64,000 nt of DNA from an uncultured Gemmatimonadales bacterium. Lineage in GTDB: Bacteria > Gemmatimonadota > Gemmatimonadetes > Longimicrobiales > RSA9. A program made the position numbers and the translations under genes. The notes beneath the pieces are model-generated. The model had not been told where the DNA came from. It did no database searches and saw nothing but the letters and a program-made list of their open reading frames with translations. This document shows, in pieces, positions 1 through 9,352 of this stretch. Within the stretch, counting starts at the first letter, position 1. The number at the start of each line of letters is the position of its first letter. Where the stretch lies: the NCBI GenBank assembly GCA_963783305.1, contig CAWAMW010000017.1, forward strand, positions 416,001-480,000, written 5' to 3'.

Positions 1-1
1 G

Positions 2-547
2 TTCCGGAGCATCGTGGAGCCGCACCCGGACAGCCACCGCACGCTCTACCTCGTAGTGCTGGAAGACGTGTTCTACCCGTTCCTCGAGGTGGCGGAGGGC
101 CGAAACTGGATGCTCAAGACGGTCCGGACGGGCGGGCTCTCGTTCCCCACCTACTCCTACGGCGCGACGATCCCGGCCCCGTACCGCGGCGTCATCACCA
201 TCACGAACCTGTCCCGCCCGGACCGGTACCGGCGCACGGTCGCCCACGAGATCGGGCACAAGGTGATCAACGTGAGCCACGAGTACCGCGACATCTCGCC
301 GCAACACGAGGTGTACGCCGAGGGCGGCCTCATGGTGTACGGTGGCGGGGAGGCCATCGAGTCGGGGGCCGAGGGGCGCTGGCACCTGGAGCGGCTGCGC
401 CTGTCCCCGTTCCTGTATCGTCTGGCGGAGGATGGAGACAAGGAGTGGAACCCGGACTACCGCGAGGGCGGTCACTACTACGACCCCCTGTACGGCGACT
501 ACGTGATCCACTTCGACGGGACGGCGGCCATCGACGAGGACTGGTGA
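2..547 (+). CDS. 5'-truncated putative zinc metallopeptidase-like protein
   Basis: Frame is open from the window start; HExxH motif (VAHEIGHKVINVSH) followed by an LM Met-turn-like segment. Confidence 0.55.
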   Translation, partial: FRSIVEPHPDSHRTLYLVVLEDVFYPFLEVAEGRNWMLKTVRTGGLSFPTYSYGATIPAPYRGVITITNLSRPDRYRRTVAHEIGHKVINVSHEYRDISPQHEVYAEGGLMVYGGGEAIESGAEGRWHLERLRLSPFLYRLAEDGDKEWNPDYREGGHYYDPLYGDYVIHFDGTAAIDEDW

Positions 548-599
548 TCGCCGGCCGTCAAGAACCCTTCGTCCAGGGGGATACACACACCCGCTCCCC

Positions 600-860
600 T
601 CACGGGCTGGGTCCGTTCCCTACCCGCGTGAGCGAGACCAGCCGCAGGTGCAGGTCGTGGATCCGCCGGAGCACTCCGTGCAGCGCCGCCTGATCGGCGA
701 CGGTCACCTGCAGAATGGTCCGGCCGCCCTCGGATTGGAGGACGCACTCGCCGAACCAGGAGCCCCACTCCTCGCCGATCTCGCCGTCCACCACGAGTCG
801 ATAGCCGATCGAGCCGGCGTCCGCGTCCCCTTCCGTGAGTCCCTCCATGACTGCCTCCAT
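600..860 (-). CDS. Small conserved hypothetical protein of the type found beside MalT-like LuxR regulators
   Basis: YRLVVDG..WGSWF..TILQVTVADQAALHGVLRRIHDLHLRLVSL pattern; directly downstream of the MalT-like gene. Confidence 0.75.
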   Translation of the reverse strand: MEAVMEGLTEGDADAGSIGYRLVVDGEIGEEWGSWFGECVLQSEGGRTILQVTVADQAALHGVLRRIHDLHLRLVSLTRVGNGPSP

Positions 861-888
861 CCTGGCGTGCCTGCCCCTCCCGATGATG

Positions 889-944
889 AGGATAGCCGGG
901 GGCGGTCAGCGGCACGTCCCCCACCGACGGCGTAGATGGGGGAT
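889..944 (-). promoter_or_regulatory. Putative activator box plus -10 element (ATCCCCC-N15-GGGGGAC-N21-TATCCT)
   Basis: Same geometry recurs at 3923-3978 on the + strand. Confidence 0.5.
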
Positions 945-978
945 TGATGGGGGGAGTGCGGGCGGCGCGTGGAGCGCG

Positions 979-3681
979 TCAGCCGTGTGGTGCGACGGAT
1001 GTGGGGTCGAGGCCGAGCTCACGAGCCCGGGTGACCGCCCGTTTCCGGTCGCCCACGCCGAGCTTCCCGTAGAGGTGCTTCAGGTGCGTCTTCACGGTCT
1101 CGGAGGAGACGAACATGGCGCGGGCAATGGCCTTGTTGCTGAGGTCCTGGAACAGGTAGCCCAGGACCTCCTCCTCCCGCTCCGTGAGCGGCTCGACCAG
1201 CGCGGCGGCCGGAGACGGGGAGCGTCCTGGAGTTTGGTCATCGAAGCGTTCCAGGAGGTGCGTCGCGTAGGCGCGGGACGTGGTGGAGAGGGGGCGGCTC
1301 ACCGCCGCCTGCAGCAGCGCCCGGACCGGCTCACCGCCGTTCAGCAGCGGACGCGCATAGCCCCGAATGGCCGCCAGCTGCAGGAGCTCCTCCACGCGCT
1401 CCCAGCGGTCCTCTTCCGCATCCGGGAGCAGGGCACGAACGGCGAGGGCGACGCACAGCCCGATGCCGCGACCGCGGCTCCTGCTCTCCCTCTCCAGGCA
1501 CTCCGCGAGCGCGGCCGCGGGGCCGAATCGCTCCCCCCGGACCGCCTGCCAGAGCGCCAGCACGTGCTCCGTCTCCCGGAGCGCCGACCACACCGCCGGC
1601 CCGTCCGGGTCGGTGGCCGCGGCGATCAACGGGGCGGGTGGAGCCGCCCCGGCGATCTCCCGCGCGAACGCCAGTCGCGACCTCTCCAGGTCGATGCTGG
1701 TGTCCATGAATCCCGCATTCTGCGCCTGCGCCAGGGAGGCGGCATCGATCAGATGCGATTCCGCTTCGTCGAATTCTCGCCGTGCGATCGCCACGCGGGC
1801 CAGGCCGACGAGCCCGTTCGCCAGACCTTCCGGGAATTCGGTGGCCCGGCCGAGCTCCACCGCGCGACGGAAGGCGTCGCGGGCGGGGCCGAGGGAGTCC
1901 GCCAGGTATTCCACATGCCCCAGGTGGTAGAGGACGGTGGAGAACGCCGGCAGGCGGGAGAGTCCGCGCTCCTCGGCGAAAGCCACCGCTCCGGCCAGCG
2001 CCTCGGACGCGCGCTGCACGCCGTCCGTCTGCACCGCCACGGCCGCCGCCTGCCCCAGACCCACCAGCACCAGGTACAGATTGGATGCGCGGAGGTTGTG
2101 GTCCTGCGCCCGCTCCAGGAGCTCGCCGGCCGGCACCATCTCCCCGAGCGCCATGTACGCGCGGGCCATGTTGAACGTGAGCAGCCCGTTCATCAGCGCG
2201 TCCTCAGGCCGGAGACCGGCCAGCGTGCGCTCGCTGATCTCGATGGCCTCCTGGTAGCGGCCGGTGAACCGCGCGGAGAACGCGCTCAGGATCTCGCGTT
2301 CCCGTGAGGCGTTCCGCATCCGGTCGGGGTCGTAGTCCGGGGGCACCCTCTCGAGGGCGGCGGAAATGGCGTCGAGGATGGGCTGGAGGTCGGGTGCCCG
2401 CTCGGTCAGCACGCGGACCCAGCCCAACATGGAAAGGAGCATGGGGTAGGGCTGTGACAGCGGGTCGGGCACGCGCCCGAGCCAGTGGCGGACGGTGGCG
2501 ATCTCGCTCCGCGCCAGCATCCCCAGCGCGTGCTGATCGAGGAGCTCCATCAGGGGCTCTGGCTCGGAGAGGAGCGACGCGTGCTCGAGGGCCGCGTGGA
2601 TGTCCCCCTCCGCCGCGAACCATGCGCTCGCCCGCCGGTGGAGGAGATCGAGCCGGTCGGGATAAAGCCGACCGAGCCGGAACTGGAGGAGCTCACCGAA
2701 CAGCCGATGGTAGCGGTACCACTGGCGGTCGCCGCCGAGGGCGACCAGGAAGAGGTTGGCGGACTCCACCTCCGCGAGCCGCGTCGCCGCCTCCGGGTCC
2801 CCTGTAACCGCCGCACAGGTATCCGGCCGGAACCGGCGCAGCACGGAGGTCTCCATGAGGAACCGCTGGACCTCCGGGCTCTGACGCTCCACCGCCTCTT
2901 CCAGCAGATACTCCACAATGTAGCGATGGCTCCCCGCAAAGGACTCCACCACGGCCACGGGGTCCTCCGCATCCCGGATCGCGATGGCCGCCATCCGCAG
3001 CCCGGCCACCCACCCCTCCGTCCGCTGCTCCAGCCGCTCCACCAGCGCGGGCTCGATGGCGCCGGGGACCAGCGCATCGAACAGCTCCACCGCCTCCGCG
3101 CTCGTACAGCGCAGGTCGCGCTCGCGCAGCTCAAGGAGCTCGCCGGCGAGCCGGAGCCGACCCATGCCGAACTGGGGGTCCACCCGCGTCAGGAGCATCA
3201 GCCGTGGCCCCTCTACGGGCGCGTGCAGCAGCGCCTCCAGGACCGATACCACCGCGCGGCCCTCCAGCTCGTGTACGTCGTCCAGCACCACCACCGCGTC
3301 CCGTCCGATCTCCGACAGCGCATCCAGCAGCCCCGGCGGGAGCGGACCGCGTCCCTCGCCCGCGCCCAGGCCACGGATCAGGCTCCCGGCTCGGTCGGCG
3401 CCCGGGACGTCCAGCCGGGCGAACGCGGCACCGAGGTGGGCGAGGAATCGGGCAGGGTCATTGTCGAAGGGATCCACGGACAGCCAGCCCGTGGGGAGGC
3501 CGCGGCTCGCGAGCCAGTCGAGGACCAGCACGGTCTTGCCGAACCCCGCCGGCGCCGACACGAGGATGACGCCGCCGTGGTGATCATCGAGGCGATCGTG
3601 CAGCCGCCTCCTGCGGACCACCGTCGAGGGCACCCGTGGGGGAACGAGCTTGGTCTGGATCAGTCCCGGGTCCTGCGGCAT
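979..3681 (-). CDS. MalT-like STAND ATPase / TPR / LuxR-HTH transcriptional regulator
   Basis: IQTKLVPP N-terminus, Walker A SAPAGFGKT, VLDDVH Walker B, WYRYHRLF, C-terminal LTEREEEVL..SNKAIA..TVKTHLKHLYGKL; start chosen at the ATG after GGAGGAG (alternative start 3738). Confidence 0.93.
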   Translation of the reverse strand: MPQDPGLIQTKLVPPRVPSTVVRRRRLHDRLDDHHGGVILVSAPAGFGKTVLVLDWLASRGLPTGWLSVDPFDNDPARFLAHLGAAFARLDVPGADRAGSLIRGLGAGEGRGPLPPGLLDALSEIGRDAVVVLDDVHELEGRAVVSVLEALLHAPVEGPRLMLLTRVDPQFGMGRLRLAGELLELRERDLRCTSAEAVELFDALVPGAIEPALVERLEQRTEGWVAGLRMAAIAIRDAEDPVAVVESFAGSHRYIVEYLLEEAVERQSPEVQRFLMETSVLRRFRPDTCAAVTGDPEAATRLAEVESANLFLVALGGDRQWYRYHRLFGELLQFRLGRLYPDRLDLLHRRASAWFAAEGDIHAALEHASLLSEPEPLMELLDQHALGMLARSEIATVRHWLGRVPDPLSQPYPMLLSMLGWVRVLTERAPDLQPILDAISAALERVPPDYDPDRMRNASREREILSAFSARFTGRYQEAIEISERTLAGLRPEDALMNGLLTFNMARAYMALGEMVPAGELLERAQDHNLRASNLYLVLVGLGQAAAVAVQTDGVQRASEALAGAVAFAEERGLSRLPAFSTVLYHLGHVEYLADSLGPARDAFRRAVELGRATEFPEGLANGLVGLARVAIARREFDEAESHLIDAASLAQAQNAGFMDTSIDLERSRLAFAREIAGAAPPAPLIAAATDPDGPAVWSALRETEHVLALWQAVRGERFGPAAALAECLERESRSRGRGIGLCVALAVRALLPDAEEDRWERVEELLQLAAIRGYARPLLNGGEPVRALLQAAVSRPLSTTSRAYATHLLERFDDQTPGRSPSPAAALVEPLTEREEEVLGYLFQDLSNKAIARAMFVSSETVKTHLKHLYGKLGVGDRKRAVTRARELGLDPTSVAPHG

Positions 3682-3922
3682 CACTCCTCCTGCCACCTCC
3701 GCGCCGGCCGGCCGAGCCATGGCAATATGGGCGGACATGCACCCGTTGTCTGTCGGGAAACGGGTGAAAGTGCTGTGGGGAGATGACTGCCCGTCCCGCT
3801 GAACCGGTTGAACGGACGACTCGCCGAGCGGGAGTGGAGCGCGACTGGAGTGCGCAGTGGCCGGTCTCAGCGCGGCTCCGGAGCGGACCAGGGACGCCGA
3901 GCCATGCCCGTTCCCACCGCGT

Positions 3923-3978
3923 ATCCCCCGATTCCCCTCCGGATGGGGGATACGCGGGAGCGTGCGAGCGTGTAGGCT
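3923..3978 (+). promoter_or_regulatory. Putative activator box plus -10 element (ATCCCCC-N15-GGGGGAT-N21-TAGGCT)
   Basis: Lies in a perfect 13-bp inverted repeat (3917-3929 / 3945-3957); same geometry as 889-944. Confidence 0.5.
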
Positions 3979-4027
3979 TGTGACAGGGTAGAGGGTGACC
4001 GGCACTATGTGGATATGGAGGAGAGCC

Positions 4028-4786
4028 ATGACTGCAGTTCGTACGACCATGATCGCGCTGGCCGTGGCGATGGGGGCGTGGACGCCGCTGGCCGCGCAGG
4101 ACACTGGGGAGATTGTGGAGCCCGCACCGGTGCGGGCGTTTGCCGAGGGATCGGTCCTGTACGCACAGCCCGTGGGCGAGTTTGCCGACCACATAGATCG
4201 AGGGGTCGGGCTGGCGCTCGGGCTGTCGGTGCCGATCAGGGAAAGGAGCCCGTGGAGCATTCGCCTCGATGGCGGCGTGCTCAACTACGGTAATGAGCGC
4301 CGCGAGGTCACGCTGGGCGGTTCGGTGGGTGGCCGCATCCGGCTGGACCTGACCACCACCAACAACGTCTTCTACCTGGGTGTCGGCCCTCAGGTGGCGG
4401 TGACGACCGGGACCCTGCGGCCGTACGCGCTCGCGTTCGCGGGTGGTGCCTATTTCAACACCACGTCATCGCTCTCGGGAACGGGCGACCACGAGGAGTT
4501 CGGACGCACCGTCAATCACGATGACCTTGCCTTCTCGTGGGGAGGCGGCGCCGGCGTGCGCCTGCCGCTGCCGGTGTCTACCGTTCCGGTGCTCGTCGAT
4601 TTCGGCGCCCGCTATCACCGTATCGGCGAGGTCGAGTACCTCCGCGAGGGCGACATCACAGACCGGCCGGACGGCACGATCCAGCTCGACCCGCAGCGAA
4701 GCCGCGCCGACATGCTGACGATCCACGTTGGCGTCTCCGTCGGACTCAGGTCCAGCATCTTCCAGAGCAACGACGACGAACGATGA
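4028..4786 (+). CDS. Outer-membrane beta-barrel domain protein
   Basis: Signal peptide ending LAAQ, alternating amphipathic strands, RPYA..GG and GGGAG motifs; GGAGGAG RBS. Confidence 0.75.
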   Translation: MTAVRTTMIALAVAMGAWTPLAAQDTGEIVEPAPVRAFAEGSVLYAQPVGEFADHIDRGVGLALGLSVPIRERSPWSIRLDGGVLNYGNERREVTLGGSVGGRIRLDLTTTNNVFYLGVGPQVAVTTGTLRPYALAFAGGAYFNTTSSLSGTGDHEEFGRTVNHDDLAFSWGGGAGVRLPLPVSTVPVLVDFGARYHRIGEVEYLREGDITDRPDGTIQLDPQRSRADMLTIHVGVSVGLRSSIFQSNDDER

Positions 4787-5676
4787 ACGCGTCCCGAACG
4801 GCGGCGGTGGCCGCCATGGCGGTGACGGCCGCGACGTGGACGGCGACGGCCATGGGCGCCCGCCGCTGGGATCGCGCCACCGGCCGCGTGATGGCCCGGC
4901 TGGACAGCGCCGTCGAGCAGGACGGTGCGGTGCTCTTCTCGCCCGATGAGCTCACCGGCCTGCCGGCGCCCGTGCGCCGATACTTCCGTTTCGCCCTCAC
5001 CCCCGGACAGCCGGTGGTGCGGTCGGCGCTGGTGGAGCAGGAGGGGACGTTTCAGCTGCGCCGCGGTGGATCGCGGAGCCCGTTCACGGCGGTGCAGCGG
5101 TTCACGGTGAAGCGCCCTGGCTTCGTCTGGGACGCACGGATCCGGTTGGCCCCGCTCGTCACCGTCCGCGTCCGCGATTACTACGTTGGCGGCCGCGCGG
5201 GGATGCTCGGGAATATCGCCGCACTGCTCCCGGTGGTGCGGCAGGAAGACACACCCGGCCTTGCGTCGGGCGCGCTGCACCGACGGCTCCTGGAGTCGCC
5301 GTGGCTACCCACGTCGCTGCTCCCGAGCCAGGGCGTGCGCTGGGATCCCATCAACGAGTCCTCCGCCCGGGCCACACTGGTGGATGGCGAGCTCGACGTC
5401 TCCATGGTGGCGCACTTCGGAGACGATGGCGGCATCGAGCGGGTCGAGGCGCTCCGGATGCGCGACGTGGACGGAGCCGGTGTGCCCACGCCCTTCGTGG
5501 GATACTTCGGCGATTACGAGAAGGTCGCGGGCATGAGAGTGCCCATGACCGGCCATGTCGAGTGGGTTCTGCCCGAGGGCCGGCACGATTTCTGGCACGG
5601 TCGCATCACCCGGGTCGAGTACCGGATGGCTGCACCGGCGGTCCCACGCCGCCCGAGCGAGGCCGCCGGACCATGA
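4783..5676 (+). CDS. DUF6544/DUF6920-like conserved protein
   Basis: LPAPVRRYF, PFTAVQ, PGFVWDARI, WLPTSLLP, GMRVP..G.VEW pattern; ATGA overlap with the upstream gene. Confidence 0.75.
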   Translation: MNASRTAAVAAMAVTAATWTATAMGARRWDRATGRVMARLDSAVEQDGAVLFSPDELTGLPAPVRRYFRFALTPGQPVVRSALVEQEGTFQLRRGGSRSPFTAVQRFTVKRPGFVWDARIRLAPLVTVRVRDYYVGGRAGMLGNIAALLPVVRQEDTPGLASGALHRRLLESPWLPTSLLPSQGVRWDPINESSARATLVDGELDVSMVAHFGDDGGIERVEALRMRDVDGAGVPTPFVGYFGDYEKVAGMRVPMTGHVEWVLPEGRHDFWHGRITRVEYRMAAPAVPRRPSEAAGP

Positions 5677-6283
5677 GGGGGACCGCCACCAGAGCACTCA
5701 GCAGCAGGCCGAGGTCCTGAATCACGCCGAACTCGAACACGGCCGACAGCCCCAGAACGGCCCACACGGCGGGTACCACCAGCAGCCAGCGCGGCGCGAG
5801 CGGCGACAGCAGGAGCATGCCGAAGGTGAAGATCACCAACGGACAGGGAGCCCCGAACGTGGGGCTGGCACGGTAGGCGTGGCCGGCGAGCGCACCGACC
5901 AGCGGGTAGATCGCAAGCGCGTATGCGATCATCGCCGCCGCCGATACACCGCGGATCCCCACGCTGAACCGGAACCTCGGCGGCTCCCGCTCGGCCGCGC
6001 GGCCGAAAAGGAGCAGACCCTCGACCACGAATAGGGCGCCGAACCCGAACGCCGCCGGGTTGATCACAGAAAAATGAAGGATGTGATAGACGACGCCCGT
6101 CCACAGCCACAGCGCGCCGAGTCCGGCCCAGATCCAGCGGGCGGCGCGGTCGTTGCCCCGGAATGCCAGTATTGCGACGCCACACGCCAGCGACAGCAGC
6201 ACGAGCTGCGCCGGCCAGACCGCTTCGTTGTAGGCGACGAAGACACCGAAGAACTCGTCGGCTGAAAAGGGAACGCGGAACAT
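5606..6283 (-). CDS. DUF6064-like integral membrane protein
   Basis: PFSADEFFGVF..YNEAVWPAQ, INPAA, FGAPCP, DLGLL motifs; multiple TM segments; GGAGGA RBS. Confidence 0.75.
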   Translation of the reverse strand: MFRVPFSADEFFGVFVAYNEAVWPAQLVLLSLACGVAILAFRGNDRAARWIWAGLGALWLWTGVVYHILHFSVINPAAFGFGALFVVEGLLLFGRAAEREPPRFRFSVGIRGVSAAAMIAYALAIYPLVGALAGHAYRASPTFGAPCPLVIFTFGMLLLSPLAPRWLLVVPAVWAVLGLSAVFEFGVIQDLGLLLSALVAVPLMVRRPRSGGVGPPVQPSGTRPG

Positions 6284-6452
6284 GATCGTCCTCCGTCCGG
6301 GGGGTGCGCAGGATCACCATACCGCGCGCCGGGGGCGTCCGCAGTGGGGAGATCCCCGATGACGTTCCTGTGGGGAAAGCTCCGACGGCGGGCGCCACGT
6401 GACCGCCCCCACCCCTGGACGCGGGGCCCCCCATCGCTCCACACTGCGGGTC

Positions 6453-7217
6453 ATGATCACGACACTGGTCTCGCTCACCCTCATCACCCTGCTGGCGTAC
6501 GCGGTCAAGGCGGCCACCGGCTTCGGCCCTGCCCTGGTCGTGGTTTCCCTCGGGAGCATGCTGGTCGGCCCCGCCCACGCCGTCATCCTGGCGGCGTTCC
6601 TGGACATGGCCAGCGGGGCCGGGCTCCTGTGGCTGGATCGTGGCCGCATCGCCGCCGAGGCGTGGCGGGGGCTGGCCGTGACCATGGCGGCCGGCGCGGT
6701 AGTGGGTGCCATGCTCCTCGGCGTGATCCCCACCGCAACGCTCACCCGCGTCGTCGCCGTAGGGATCGTGGCGTTCGGGGTGTGGATGCTCGCGACCCCC
6801 ACCATGGGCGGCAGCACGGACGAGAGCACTCGACCGGGCGCGGAGCCTCGGGATGACCGGCGAGAGCGCGCGGGCTTCAGCGCGCACCTCATGGCGGCGA
6901 TCGGCGGACTTTCCGGCGGGCTGATCGGTGTCGGCGGTCCGCCGCTGGTGATCTACTTCGGCGCGCGGCTGCCGAGAGAGCGGTTCCGCGCCCTGATCGT
7001 TCCACTGCTACTCACGGCCGCCGTCTTCCGCGTCGCCACCTACGCGCTGACGGGACAGGTGGACCGTGAGCTGATGATGCTCGTGCTCCCGTCCCTGCCT
7101 GCGCTCCCCCTGGGGCTGGCGCTGGGCAACCGGCTCTTCCGCCGCTGGAGCGACCGGGGGTTCCGGATCGCGGTGTCGCTCCTCGTCACCCTGGCCGGGC
7201 TGCGACTGCTCTTCTGA
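6453..7217 (+). CDS. TauE/SafE family (sulfite exporter-like) membrane protein
   Basis: GFGPAL and GGLSGGLIGVGGPPLVIY motifs; about 8 TM helices. Confidence 0.85.
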   Translation: MITTLVSLTLITLLAYAVKAATGFGPALVVVSLGSMLVGPAHAVILAAFLDMASGAGLLWLDRGRIAAEAWRGLAVTMAAGAVVGAMLLGVIPTATLTRVVAVGIVAFGVWMLATPTMGGSTDESTRPGAEPRDDRRERAGFSAHLMAAIGGLSGGLIGVGGPPLVIYFGARLPRERFRALIVPLLLTAAVFRVATYALTGQVDRELMMLVLPSLPALPLGLALGNRLFRRWSDRGFRIAVSLLVTLAGLRLLF

Positions 7218-7287
7218 TCCGCCGCGACGGTACACGTCCTGCAACCCGGTGCCCTGGAAGATTCGGCCATCCGAGGAGCACGCATCC

Positions 7288-8226
7288 ATGTCCTATCCAC
7301 TCGCCATCATGGTCCTGGCCGCACTGTGCCCCACCGGGTGCACGGGCGGCTCCCCGGACACCGCCGACGCCGGGCTCCAACCCCGCGCGATGGCGCTCCC
7401 GACCTCACCGGCAGCAGCGACGTGCGAAGTGGTCGAGGCGGGCCGGGCGCTCCCCGCGGAGGTACGGGAGACGAGCGGGCTCGCCGTCAGCGCGACGGAT
7501 TCCTCCCTCTTCTGGACCCACAACGACGCCGGGAACCGCGCCGAGCTGTTCGGCATCGGAGGGGACGGCCGGCTGCGGGAGCGCGTGCGCGTGACGGGCG
7601 CGACACTGGTGGACTGGGAGGACCTGGAGGCAGCACGCTGTGGCGAGAGCGCGTGCCTGTACGTAGGCGACATCGGCGACAACGACGGCGAACGCGTGAG
7701 CGTCACGATCTATCGCGTCCCCGAGCCCGCCGCGGGATCCTCGCAAACCGCGCCCGCCGAGGCTATCCGCGGGCGCTACCCGGACGGCCCCAGAGACGCC
7801 GAAGCGCTGTTCGCCGCACCTTCCGGTGACCTCTACATCGTCACCAAGGGCCGACCCGGGCCGGCGGAGCTCTACCGCCTCCGGGCGCCCCAGCGGACGC
7901 AAGGCGTTGCCACGCTGGAGCGCGTGAGGGAGCTCTTTGCGGAGCCCCACGATCCGGATGACCGCGTGACCGCAGCTACCGCCACCCCCGACGGCCGCTG
8001 GGTCGGGATCCGCACCTACCGCGCTCTGTACCTCTATCCGCTCGAGGACCTCGTGGGCACCGCCTCGCTCCAGCCACGCGTGGTGGATCTCTCCAACCTG
8101 CCCGGCCGCCAGGGCGAGGCCATCGCCATGGCGAATGACGGGACCGTCTGGCTCTCCAGCGAGGCGGAGGACGACGACGCGCGGCCGCTGTGGGCCCGCC
8201 TCGCATGCCAGCTGGACCCGCGCTGA
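7288..8226 (+). CDS. Secreted/lipoprotein, beta-propeller-like conserved hypothetical
   Basis: Hydrophobic leader with Cys; ETSGL, WTHNDAG, DWEDL, YVGDIGDN, DAEAL, QGEAI motifs. Confidence 0.7.
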   Translation: MSYPLAIMVLAALCPTGCTGGSPDTADAGLQPRAMALPTSPAAATCEVVEAGRALPAEVRETSGLAVSATDSSLFWTHNDAGNRAELFGIGGDGRLRERVRVTGATLVDWEDLEAARCGESACLYVGDIGDNDGERVSVTIYRVPEPAAGSSQTAPAEAIRGRYPDGPRDAEALFAAPSGDLYIVTKGRPGPAELYRLRAPQRTQGVATLERVRELFAEPHDPDDRVTAATATPDGRWVGIRTYRALYLYPLEDLVGTASLQPRVVDLSNLPGRQGEAIAMANDGTVWLSSEAEDDDARPLWARLACQLDPR

Positions 8227-8340
8227 TACGGCGTCCTCCCCGCGGCGGGGCCAGGACCGCCGCCACGGCCACGCCGCTCGACCCACCGGACTATCTTCCC
8301 CATATTGCCAGCCCCCGGCACTCCTGAGATGAGCTCAGCA

Positions 8341-8793
8341 ATGACACCCAGCGAAGCGGATTTCGTGGAGCGCGTCGGTCGCCACTTCGAGGCCGACGGC
8401 GTTCCTCGCATCGGGGGCCGGCTCTATGGCTTCCTGCTCCTTCAGGATCGGCCCTGCTCCCTCGATGAGCTCGCCGCCGGCCTGAGCGTAAGCAAGGCGA
8501 GCGTCAGCACCAACGCCCGTCTCCTCGTGCAGTGGGGCATCGTCGGCCGTGTCACCCGCCCCGGCGACCGGCGCGACTTCTACATCGCCGCGCCCGACCT
8601 CGTCCCCGTCCTCCAGCGGCGACTCCAGCGCGTTCGCGAAGTCAGTGAGCTGCTCGCGGCCGGCTCCCGCGCCGTGCCACCGGACCGCCCCACGGCGGCC
8701 GAGCGTCTGTCCACGATGGCGGAGTTCAACGCACGCGCCGCCGACCGCCTCGAGGACTTCCTCGACGGCTGGCGCAAGGGCCACCAGGCCTAG
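8341..8793 (+). CDS. GbsR/MarR-family transcriptional regulator (copy 1)
   Basis: GVPRIGGRLYGFLLL, SLDELAAGLSVSKASVSTNAR, PGDRRDFY. Confidence 0.9.
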   Translation: MTPSEADFVERVGRHFEADGVPRIGGRLYGFLLLQDRPCSLDELAAGLSVSKASVSTNARLLVQWGIVGRVTRPGDRRDFYIAAPDLVPVLQRRLQRVREVSELLAAGSRAVPPDRPTAAERLSTMAEFNARAADRLEDFLDGWRKGHQA

Positions 8794-8830
8794 CCCGGTC
8801 GCGCCCTGAGGAGCCCGAAACGGCGCTGGT

Positions 8831-8868
8831 CGTTAAGTGTTGACTGAACGTACTGAACGTATTACTCT
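8831..8868 (+). promoter_or_regulatory. sigma70-type promoter (TTGACT-N17-TACTCT) overlapped by a palindromic operator
   Basis: -35 at 8840-8845, -10 at 8863-8868; palindrome CGTTAAGT-N4-ACTGAACG at 8831-8850 plus an extra ACTGAACGT at 8852-8860. Confidence 0.65.
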
Positions 8869-8899
8869 AATGGCTCTATCGACCGTATGGAGTCACTGC

Positions 8900-9352
8900 A
8901 TGCACCCACAGACACAGAAGATCATCGAGCGGATGGGGCTCTTTTTCGAGAAGGATGGGCTGCCCCGCATCGCCGGGCGCGTTCTGGCCTACCTCCTCCT
9001 CAGTCCCGCACCTCGGACGCTGGACCAGCTGGCGGAAGTGCTTCAGGTGAGCAAGAGCAGCGTGAGCACGGATGCCCGGCTCCTGGAGCGGATGGGCACG
9101 GTGGAACGTGTGACGGTGGCGGGAGATCGGCGGAACTACTACCAGATCGCCGCGGACCTGCCGGACCGGATGGCGGCGATCTGGCGTGAGCGGCTCACGG
9201 GGACGCGGGAGCTGCTGGAGGACGCGCTGGACACGCCGGAAGCGGAGCAGGACGTGGTAGAGCGACGTCTTCGGCGCGGCGCGCGGATGATGCAGGGCCT
9301 GTCCGCAGCGCTGGCGGAGGCGGGACTGGGTGGGGAGGAAGAAGCGGCATGA
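8900..9352 (+). CDS. GbsR/MarR-family transcriptional regulator (copy 2)
   Basis: GLPRIAGRVLAYLLL, TLDQLAEVLQVSKSSVSTDAR, AGDRRNYY; paralogue of 8341-8793. Confidence 0.9.
   Translation: MHPQTQKIIERMGLFFEKDGLPRIAGRVLAYLLLSPAPRTLDQLAEVLQVSKSSVSTDARLLERMGTVERVTVAGDRRNYYQIAADLPDRMAAIWRERLTGTRELLEDALDTPEAEQDVVERRLRRGARMMQGLSAALAEAGLGGEEEAA

Noticed and set aside
3682..4284. N-terminal extension making the MalT-like ORF 1101 aa
   Set aside because: It overlaps the divergent beta-barrel gene and promoter; family homology begins at about IQTKL.
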